DNA of 64,000 nucleotides from Naegleria gruberi (Eukaryota): NCBI GenBank assembly GCA_000004985.1, contig GG738873.1; one strand, 5' to 3'. Shown piece by piece: positions 55,695 to 64,000 of this stretch (position 1 is its first letter; each line of letters starts with the position of its first letter). The notes under the pieces were generated by a model. It saw only the letters and a program-made list of their open reading frames with translations, ran no database searches and was not told where the DNA came from. The position numbers and the translations under genes were made by a program.

Positions 55695-56843
55695 ATGAAA
55701 GTCTGTGTCACTGGTGCAACTGGCTTTATTGCAAGTCATTTAATTTATCAACTCTTATTAAAAGGTCATCAAGTGAATGTAACAGTTAGAAATTATCAAA
55801 AGAGTTTTACAGAATTATTCACTTCATTATTAGATTATGATAAAAGATTTGGTTTTAATCAATTGAGTGCAGAACAATTAAAACACAATTTAATTGGTTT
55901 TCAAGCTGATTTAACAATAGAAGGTAGTTTTGATAAGGCAGTTGAAGGATGTCAAATTGTATTTCATCCAGCTTCACCTTATATTTGGACAGTTGAAGAT
56001 CCACAACGTGATTTAGTTGATCCAGCAGTGAATGGAACACTCACTTTATTGAAGAGTTGTTTCAAGGAGAGAAGTAAACAATCTGATAATGATCCAAATA
56101 GATTGAGACGTATCATTATGACCTCTTCAATTGCTGCTCTATGTGATACTCCTAAAAAGGATAAAGTTTATGATGAAAGAGATTGGAATGATGAATCTGC
56201 ACTCAATAAGAATCCATACTATTATTCTAAATTATGTGCTGAGAGAGAGGCATGGAAATTTATGAATGAAATTGAACTTAAATATGGAGCTGACTTTTTA
56301 GAATTTCTAACCATTCTACCAAGTGCAACTATTGGAAGACCAATATTTCCAAATCAAGTCAATCAATCTTATGATATGATTACCAAGTTGACTAATGGTG
56401 ATTTTCCAGCTATTTTCATGATGACATTTGTTTTTGTTTCAGTTAAGGATATTGCACTAGCTCATATATTAGCAATGGAACATTCAGATTGTTTTTCTCC
56501 ATCTAAAGGTGAAAGATTTATTGTCTGTGGTGATTGTACTTCAACAATGAAAGATACATGTGAAATATTGAAAGAACAATTCACAGATATTGGTAAATAT
56601 CCATGGATTAAGAATATTCCATCACTTTCATTGGAAGGTTCAGTTGGTAATACATTGGCTAGATTTGCAGGTTTATTTCAACCTAAAGGTGTTAGACAAT
56701 TACTTTCCAGTAATATTGGAAGAAAGACCATGTTAAGTAATCACAAGGTAAAACAAAGATTCAGTATGAAATTCATTGATAGAGTTGAACCTATTAGAGA
56801 GAGTGTTGAACATTTACTTTCTTTAAATTTAATTAAACAATAA
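55695..56843 (+). CDS. NAD(P)-dependent epimerase/dehydratase family protein (cinnamoyl-CoA reductase / 3-beta-HSD-like extended SDR)
   Basis: N-terminal Rossmann motif VCVTGATGFIASHL, and YxxxK context (YYYSKLCAE). Confidence 0.75.
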   Translation: MKVCVTGATGFIASHLIYQLLLKGHQVNVTVRNYQKSFTELFTSLLDYDKRFGFNQLSAEQLKHNLIGFQADLTIEGSFDKAVEGCQIVFHPASPYIWTVEDPQRDLVDPAVNGTLTLLKSCFKERSKQSDNDPNRLRRIIMTSSIAALCDTPKKDKVYDERDWNDESALNKNPYYYSKLCAEREAWKFMNEIELKYGADFLEFLTILPSATIGRPIFPNQVNQSYDMITKLTNGDFPAIFMMTFVFVSVKDIALAHILAMEHSDCFSPSKGERFIVCGDCTSTMKDTCEILKEQFTDIGKYPWIKNIPSLSLEGSVGNTLARFAGLFQPKGVRQLLSSNIGRKTMLSNHKVKQRFSMKFIDRVEPIRESVEHLLSLNLIKQ

Positions 56844-57042
56844 ATATTATTTATTAATTATCATTCACTATTATTCATTATGCATGTTATGAAATTAAAA
56901 TAATAAATCATCAAATAATACTATTTCAATTTTTTTAAAATCAAAATTTACATCAAATAGTCTTCCGATAATTATCATCAAAAAGCCTTCATTCCAATAT
57001 TAAATAAATCAAAATTACAAAAAGCTAATTCTTTTACTAAAA

Positions 57043-57561
57043 TTAACACTTAATTTGCTTCAAACCATCAGCAAAGAAGTACAATTGAGTAGTTTCACCG
57101 TCATCGTTATACTTTTGGAAAACAACCATACCGTTATCAGTATCCATTGATTCACCCATGTAGAACTTATAGTTGGAGAAATCCTTACCAACTTGGTCCA
57201 TCAAGAATTTCTTGAGTTCTTCATTGAAAGACTTCAAAGCATCTTCACCCTTGTTGGTTTGGATCTTCTTCTTCAAAGCAGTCAAGTATGGAGTGATGGT
57301 AGCAACACAATCCTTAATCTTAGCAATAGAAGTGAGTTCTTGCAATCTGAAGGTTTCGACAACTTGGTCAACATCAATAACGTTATCTGGCTTGTTGTCC
57401 ATGGCATCGAAGGTCTTTCTGTCGTACAAAATGTCTTCATCGTCGTCCTTCTTCATCATCTTGGATGAGACGTTAATGATGAAACCACCAAATTCAGTCT
57501 TTTGTGGGAAAGAGTCTGAGAACAATTCGTCATCAGTGAATGCGTCAGTAAAAACGATCAT
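57043..57561 (-). CDS. TCTP: Translationally controlled tumour protein (TCTP)
   Basis: MIVFTDAFTDDELFSDSF N-terminus and C-terminal FYMGESMDTDNGMVVFQKY...LYFFADGLKQIKC match TCTP signatures. Confidence 0.85.
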   Translation of the reverse strand: MIVFTDAFTDDELFSDSFPQKTEFGGFIINVSSKMMKKDDDEDILYDRKTFDAMDNKPDNVIDVDQVVETFRLQELTSIAKIKDCVATITPYLTALKKKIQTNKGEDALKSFNEELKKFLMDQVGKDFSNYKFYMGESMDTDNGMVVFQKYNDDGETTQLYFFADGLKQIKC

Positions 57562-58041
57562 TTTGTAGTCTAGATATTTTTTTCAAAAACAAAGACCAAA
57601 AATTATTACAACTTCAACAACCTTGTTTACGCGTTGCAACGGAAAGTAAAACAGCAACAGTGGAGATTTGCGTCATGACAACATAGCAGGAAGATACTTA
57701 TTTGAGTGGTGAGTACCAGTTGCAATGTCGAATAGGATTTCTTCAAACACATTACAAAATTTGGTTGGTATGACCTCAGTTTATCGCTTTCAAATACTGT
57801 AAATTGTAAAGAATAGTTCTTTTAAGACAAACCAATACTTTATTGTCCTTACAGTACTCATGTGATTGAGGGATTGGCAAACTTGCAATAAATCCAATAA
57901 TGTTGAGTTACCATGAAAGTCAATAAGATGATGTAAATGTCAACAGACAATGCTGGTTCCAATTGGAAAACTTCTCTAAATAATAAATTGTAAATGAATT
58001 TGAATACTATACAACAAATATATTTAATAATATTAGATTTT

Positions 58042-59267
58042 TTAAACCTTGCTATATTCAAGCTTGGTTTCTAACTTCTTCATGTCCATCATCTTTCTGA
58101 CAGCCTTCATAAAATCTTCCTGTATGACATAGTCTCTCTTTCCTCTTAATGCAAACATACCAGCCTCAGTACAAACGTTACGAAGGTCAGCACCGTTAAA
58201 TCCATCAGATAATTTTACAATAGCTTCATAATCAATTTCACCATGTTTGGTAATACTACGAGAGTGAATCTTCAAGATTGACAATCTACCTTGTTCATTT
58301 GGTAAAGAAATTTCAATCTTTCTATCAAGACGACCAGGTCTCATCAAAGCAGTATCCAAGACATCAGGTCTGTTAGTGGCCATGATAAATTTGACTTGAC
58401 CAACATCATTAAAACCATCCAATTGATTCAAAAGTTCCATAAGAGTTCTTTGAATTTCACGATCAGCACTAGTACCTTCGGAAAATCTTTTACCACCAAT
58501 GGCATCAATTTCATCCATGAAAATAATACAAGGTTGATGATCACGTGCATATCCAAACATTTCACGAATAATTCTAGCACTTTCTCCGATATATTTATCT
58601 ACAATGGCACTGGCCACAACTTTCAAGAAGTTTGCATCAATATTACTGGCAATAGCTCTAGCCAAAAGTGTTTTACCTGTACCTGGTGGACCATAGAGCA
58701 AGACTAAAAAGAATAAATACATTTAAGTATTTCAAATAACTTACCTCCTTTAGGTGCCTTGATACCAACTCTGACGAAAATTTCAGGATTGATTAATGGA
58801 AGTTCAATAGCTTCTCTCAATTCTCTGATTTGTTCATTAAGACCACCGATTTCTGCAAATTCTGTTTTATCTATCTTAACATCTTTAGATTCAATCATAT
58901 TAAATACAGAAGGATCAACTTCACGTGGTAAAATTCTCATAATCGTCAGTGTTGTCATATCGAGGGCAACTCTGGTGCCTGGCTTTAATTTAGTCTTTTC
59001 AATCTTTTTTCTAACTCCTGTAACATATCTAGGACCACTACTAGCTTTAATAATAAAACGTTCATCATCCAATTGTTTCAAGACTTCACCAACAATTTGT
59101 CCAACAGATTGAAGAGCCTTGAGATCATCTTCAGTCTTTTCATACCTCTTTTTTAAATCCTTTTGATTTTCTCTAATCTTTTTTACTTCGGCTTCTAATT
59201 GTCTGTGTTGAGCAAGTTTATCAGCGTATACATTGAAAGCCTTGTTCCTTCTTTCGTCGATCTCCAT
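58042..59267 (-). CDS. RPT4: 26S proteasome regulatory ATPase subunit Rpt4 (PSMC6-like), 2 exons: complement(join(58042..58703,58745..59267))
   Basis: N-terminal coiled-coil [18 protein letters not shown]...[27 protein letters not shown] and AAA core [19 protein letters not shown]...[11 protein letters not shown]...[24 protein letters not shown] are near-identical to PSMC6. A 41-nt intron 58704..58744 (GTAAGT..TACTTAA..TTTTTAG) splits the Walker A codon GGV. First ATG at 59267 (ORF called from TTG at 59276). Confidence 0.85.
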
Positions 59268-59556
59268 TTTGTACAAATTTTTCTGAAATAAATCGAAAGA
59301 GAGGTGTGATGGTTTTTCTTTGTTGTATTTTTTTGATGTAAGATAAAAATAACTTTACTTTCCATCAAAGCTAAGAATATACAAGCTGGCAATTTGAGAA
59401 AAGAAATTAATTGAGTGAAAGAGGAACTTTAACAGCCTTAATACAACTTGAAGCAATACATCCAATAAAAATCAATATATTATGTAATTATCATTTCAAT
59501 TTTGATAGGAATGAAATAAAACAACAACAACAATATAATATTTGAATTTGAAAAAA

Positions 59557-60066
59557 ATGTCTCAACAATTACACAGATATTCTCTTGCACTCTATAAAAG
59601 ATTATTAAAAAAGTCACAGGAATTTCATGTGAGGAATGAACCAGGACCTAATAGAAGTTATCGTGTTAGTTATTTAATTCCTGGAAATAATTTTCATGAA
59701 TATTTATCAGTAGAAATTAAAAAACATTTCAGACAAGCACAAAGGCTTTTTAAAGAACAAAAAAAGACTTCGGAATGGTTTGAACAACAATTTCAAGATG
59801 GATGTTTAATTTATAAAGGATTAGAAAGAGCAATGGAAGATGGATATAATCAAACTCATAATAAGAGAAAGGCTATTCGTTTAAGTCCTTTTATTCATAT
59901 ATTAAAGGCTGCTTCTGGTGAACATGGAAATCATCATTATCATCAAAAATTGAAGGAAATTTTCATATTAGCTACTTTAATGACTTATCAAAAGGCTTCC
60001 GAACCTATTACACAACAAGATTTACAAAAAAATAATACTACTATTGAAAAACAACATTCAAAATAA
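59557..60066 (+). CDS. LYR-motif family protein (probable mitochondrial assembly factor)
   Basis: N-terminal LALYKRLLKK LYR-like motif. First ATG at 59557 in AAAAAAATG context (ORF called from TTG at 59542). Confidence 0.45.
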   Translation: MSQQLHRYSLALYKRLLKKSQEFHVRNEPGPNRSYRVSYLIPGNNFHEYLSVEIKKHFRQAQRLFKEQKKTSEWFEQQFQDGCLIYKGLERAMEDGYNQTHNKRKAIRLSPFIHILKAASGEHGNHHYHQKLKEIFILATLMTYQKASEPITQQDLQKNNTTIEKQHSK

Positions 60067-60581
60067 TTATAGAATGAACAATACCATGAAGAAGAATTAT
60101 TTGGAAATTTAAATGATTTTTTGAAAGTACATGATGATAATATATAGTATTAATTTAAAATTATAAAAGAGAAGAAGAATACATAATTATATCATCATAT
60201 AATAGGAGGATGATTAAAAAAGAAATGAAAATATTTTTAATTGAAATAGTAATAATATAATAATAAATAATAATTATTTAATTGATATTTAATTTAATAC
60301 TGTACTAAAAAAGAATGATAGAATTTAATTTTAATAACACTGCAAATGAACCATTCAATTTCTCCACATGTTTTAAAAAAGAATTAGGAGTTTTTACAAC
60401 GGAACTCTCATTAAATCTCACACATCACATGCCAAAACAATTTGTGTCAACACTAAACCAACACAACAACCACATGTGTGTGCAATTAATTCATTAACCC
60501 AATAACAATTAATCTAATATATTAACAAATACTCTACTAATCCTCATCAATCATCATATAATTCCAAGTAAATTAAAAAAT

Positions 60582-61421
60582 ATGGGAAATAATAAATCAC
60601 GTACAAGTACATCAATATTTGATGATGAAGAGAAGGAATTTATCTATAAATTACCACTCAATCATGATAAATATTATTACATTGCAATCTATAGAAAAAT
60701 AGGAGAAGAAACAACATTTAAACAAGTTGTTGATTTTAAATTATTAGATTCAAATTCAACTAATTATCCATTTCATAGACAAATTGAAAATAGTGTACTA
60801 CCCTATGTAGGTGATGATAGTAAAGAACGTTTAATGAGAAAACATTCAAAAGTTACTTTATCTTCTAATTCTAACACTACTGCTACTACTGCTACTGCTA
60901 CCTCTACATCTAATACATCTACTACAACAACAACAACACTATCTTCACAATATATATCATCATCAACTTCATCTAATGGATCTTTATTATATTCCAATAA
61001 TAATTTACTATTAGAAAGTAAAAGAATATATGATCCAATATATTCAACAATGGAAGAATATCATTTTCTACATCCTAATAATGATTCATCTACTATTAAT
61101 ATAGATGTTATTGTTATGAGAAGAAATGGTTTTGATGATTCAAATAATTCTAATAATTCTAATAATTCTAATAATTCATCAACAATTGCATTAATTGGAG
61201 CAGTTTGTGATATAGTTTCAAAAGAAGAAAGATCTTTATTCATGTTTAAAATTAGAGATATTTGTATAGATGTATTAAATCAATGTTATAATAATAGTAA
61301 TACTGGTAATGTAATTGATAATTCAATAATTTCAATTTCTAAAGAAGATCAAGCTTTGAAAAATTTAACTGATTCAATTATTAAATTAACATCTTCAAAT
61401 AAGAGTGGTCAAGATCAGTAA
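60582..61421 (+). CDS. Hypothetical N-myristoylation-motif protein (MGNNKSR...) with Thr/Asn-rich tracts
   Basis: 279-aa ORF with real ATG. Contains an (AATAATTCT)n-encoded NSNNSNNSNN tract. Confidence 0.45.
   Translation: MGNNKSRTSTSIFDDEEKEFIYKLPLNHDKYYYIAIYRKIGEETTFKQVVDFKLLDSNSTNYPFHRQIENSVLPYVGDDSKERLMRKHSKVTLSSNSNTTATTATATSTSNTSTTTTTTLSSQYISSSTSSNGSLLYSNNNLLLESKRIYDPIYSTMEEYHFLHPNNDSSTINIDVIVMRRNGFDDSNNSNNSNNSNNSSTIALIGAVCDIVSKEERSLFMFKIRDICIDVLNQCYNNSNTGNVIDNSIISISKEDQALKNLTDSIIKLTSSNKSGQDQ
61143..61176. repeat. (AATAATTCT)n microsatellite within coding sequence
   Basis: taataattctaataattctaataattctaataattc encodes NNSNNSNNSNNS inside ORF 60582..61421. Confidence 0.85.
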
Positions 61422-62163
61422 TATTTACAATATTACATAGTATTATTTATGTAATATTGTAAATATATTAACTATTTCAATTGACTACTACTATTAACAT
61501 GTAAAATATTCATATGAAATTGTAAATATGAAGAACAATAGAAAATGAACAATGCACTAATGAATACACAACCCAATTTTGTCTCAATTCAAACTAAATG
61601 CATTTTCAATACATGTAAACTCAACACACAAAACAATAAAAAGAGAGAAAATTAAAATGATTCGAGTCAACTCACTAAAAAAGATACTACTATTCATTGT
61701 AATGAATCCAATTTGAGTTTGTGACGGAGGAATTAAATATGTTGACTCTTCGAATATAATAAGAGTGACACAACACGAATCCACTCTAATTGGAGATTGA
61801 ACGGAATAGAGAGGAACGAATCCTCCACCGAGCTGAGTGAGTTCTTTCCAGTTACATTGATTATCAATAAACAACTGTCAATTTATAATATCTTGAATGT
61901 GATTGAATCTCTTCAAGTTGGATTACTCGTTTGAAAAAAAAAGAAACAACATTCATCACCACATACTATATATTACATATCATCTGTTTACATTCAATAT
62001 TTAAATAGTAATAATAGTAATAATATTACAATAGTAGTAATAGTCAACCTATAATAATATCATCTATATATCTAACAATAACATTTTATTCTATTCTATA
62101 CATCTCTAACATCTACATTTAATATTATCTAATAATTTTAATCTAATAAATCTAAATCTAAAT

Positions 62164-63477
62164 ATGGGAAATAATACACATAAAGAAGATTTATTAAAAA
62201 ATTGTCCACATTTTCAAAATGATTCCAATTATAGTAATGATTTAATAATTGAATTAAAAGATGAATCACCTGAATATAGATATGATTTTTATGATAGAAA
62301 TAAACAATTACTTGAATTTCACATATTAAATCAACAAAAATCAATTTTATTAAAAAAAATTTATGATAAAAAAGAAATTTTTAAATTAATTTTTAAATAT
62401 TTAAATATTAAAGATTTATTTAATTTATCATTTACTTGTAGATTATTATATATTTATTGGACAAGAGATGATGAAATTTGGAGAAATTTATTACCATTAA
62501 AATATAAAAAATTAATTTTAAATTTACAATTACCATATTCTATATATGGAATTAAAACATGGAAAGATTGTTGTAAAAATATTTATTGTAAAGAAATGTG
62601 GAAAAGATTACAATTAAAATATGATTTTATTAATGGTTCTATTTGTAATAATTCTATAAATGGATATAATTCAAGTGATGATGATGAAGATGATGAATTT
62701 TCAATTTTAGATGCAAATTCATCAAAGAAATGTCAATCAAAGAAATCTGACAAGTCATCTAATCAACAAATTCAGAATTCTATTGAAGAATTGAGAATTC
62801 ATTTTATTTGTAATGAAAAAAAACAAGAACGTTATTTAAAAAGTTTATTAAAATATTGTAAAGAACCACAAGATAATAATTATAGATTATCTAAAAAATA
62901 TTCAAATTATTTTGATAGACGTGTTGCTAGAATTAAAGAAAAGAATTTTAATTCTAATAATAATTCTAATAATACTTCCAATAATAGTAATAATAATAAT
63001 AATTCTAATAATGGAAATAATGAATATGAAATTCAATGTCTTGTTGGAAGTTCAGAAAGACCAAATTGTTCATGTAAATTTATTTTAATTGATTTATCAT
63101 GTGATCAATTAAATAATTTAAATAATTTAAATGAAAAAGAATTAATTAATAATTATTTAAAAAATGATTTAGATTGTGGTGAAACTATTAAAGAATATTT
63201 AAATACTATAAATGGAAGTAATGAAAATAATTTATCAATTGTTATTGTTGGATTAAGTTATGAAAGAAAGAATAAAATTAATCCAAATATGATAAAATTA
63301 TGTAAAGCATTATCAAATGAATATTCACTTCCATATATAGAAATTGATATTGGAAAAAGAAATCAAAGAAGAAATTTACTTTATTTTTATTCTGTTTATT
63401 GTCATTCAAAGAAAATGACAAGTCATCAATTAACTTTTTTAAAAACTAATAATACAAATGATGAATGGCTATTATAA
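62164..63477 (+). CDS. F-box-like protein, extremely AT/Asn-rich, MGNN N-terminus
   Basis: 437-aa ORF with real ATG. IFKLIFKYLNIKDLFNLSFTCRLLYIYWTRDDEIWRNLL resembles an F-box. Over 80% AT. Confidence 0.5.
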   Translation: MGNNTHKEDLLKNCPHFQNDSNYSNDLIIELKDESPEYRYDFYDRNKQLLEFHILNQQKSILLKKIYDKKEIFKLIFKYLNIKDLFNLSFTCRLLYIYWTRDDEIWRNLLPLKYKKLILNLQLPYSIYGIKTWKDCCKNIYCKEMWKRLQLKYDFINGSICNNSINGYNSSDDDEDDEFSILDANSSKKCQSKKSDKSSNQQIQNSIEELRIHFICNEKKQERYLKSLLKYCKEPQDNNYRLSKKYSNYFDRRVARIKEKNFNSNNNSNNTSNNSNNNNNSNNGNNEYEIQCLVGSSERPNCSCKFILIDLSCDQLNNLNNLNEKELINNYLKNDLDCGETIKEYLNTINGSNENNLSIVIVGLSYERKNKINPNMIKLCKALSNEYSLPYIEIDIGKRNQRRNLLYFYSVYCHSKKMTSHQLTFLKTNNTNDEWLL

Positions 63478-63571
63478 ATATAGTATTCAATAAATTAAAT
63501 AAAATTTAATAAAATTTAAATTAATATTTTTTTAATAATTTATTATAAATTAATATTTTTTAATAATATTT

Positions 63572-64000
63572 TTATTGTATTAAACATTGTTTTTTAATTT
63601 TTTTAGAATTTAAAATTAAACAACCATTGACAATAATTTCTTTACCATAATTCATTCCATATCCATTTTTAGCACAACATTCCCAATATGTAATACATCC
63701 TAATTGTTTTGCTAATTCTTCACCTTCTTCAGTTGAAATAAAATCTTTTTTATTTCCACTTAAAATAATATCTTCTCTTAAATCATATTTACATCCAATT
63801 AATATAATTGGTATATTTGGTAAATGAAATCTAATTTCAAATATCCATTTATAGAATAAATTATTAAATGATATTCTATCTACAAGTGAAAAACATAATA
63901 ATATTAATTTACTATCTGGATAACTTAATGGTCTTAATCTATCATAACTATTTAAGAAAATATTTAATTAAAAATATTAATTTAAAAATATAAAAAATAT
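63572..64000 (-). CDS. Rho/Rac-family small GTPase, 3' portion (5' end lies beyond the window edge)
   Basis: Minus-strand translation SYDRLRPLSYPDSKLILLCFSLVDRISFNNL...PIILIGCKYDLRED...ISTEEGEELAKQLGCITYWECCAKNGYG...KKIKKQCLIQ* has the Rho-family G3-G5 region, a polybasic stretch and a CaaX box. Probable intron acceptor near 63945. Confidence 0.75.

Overview
This 64-kb window is a compact, AT-rich nuclear region from a unicellular eukaryote using the standard genetic code (TAA/TAG stops; SHMT, EF-G, actin and MTO1 read through cleanly). It holds about 40 protein-coding genes at roughly one per 1.6 kb, on both strands, several in convergent pairs whose stop codons lie only 9-13 nt apart. Many genes are intronless. 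Where introns occur they are very short (33-70 nt), with GTAAGT/GTATGT/GTACGT donors and often a TACTAAC-like branch motif. Many start codons sit in an A-rich AAAAATG context. Proteins are rich in poly-Asn/Thr/Ser/Gln tracts, as in Dictyostelium, but a clear BBS5 (BBSome) orthologue and several mitochondrial-biogenesis genes point to a ciliated, mitochondriate lineage. Identity is unresolved; a Naegleria-like heterolobosean is one possibility. Recognisable housekeeping genes: PRPP synthetase, mitochondrial EF-G2, actin, RPS25, RPL12, adenylate kinase, MTO1/GidA, SHMT, TCTP, proteasome Rpt4, TFAM-like HMG-box protein, IAH1-like SGNH hydrolase, RasGEF, Rac-like GTPase (partial), MGRN1-like RING E3, a Cir_N protein and a PEX16-like protein. 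A 5S rRNA gene sits between protein-coding genes on the minus strand. There is a 95-nt assembly gap (N run), so this is a draft scaffold. Unusual content: (i) two tandem three-exon kinesin-like paralogues whose P-loop, switch I and switch II are all degenerate (pseudo-kinesins); (ii) an inverted pair of paralogous signal-peptide proteins (Gly/Arg-rich, Lys/Ser-rich, Cys-rich C-terminus) about 18 kb apart with a near-identical ~220-nt core, one copy carrying a 1-bp frameshift; (iii) a protein kinase fused to a long tandem-repeat array, broken by one in-frame TAG exactly where the repeat consensus has Gln; (iv) a 7TM protein with a C-terminal RGS domain; (v) a receptor-like membrane protein with a degenerate cyclase-homology domain. 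No transposons, CRISPR or prokaryote-type systems are present. Annotations marked 'ORF called from TTG/GTG' use the first plausible ATG rather than the track start.
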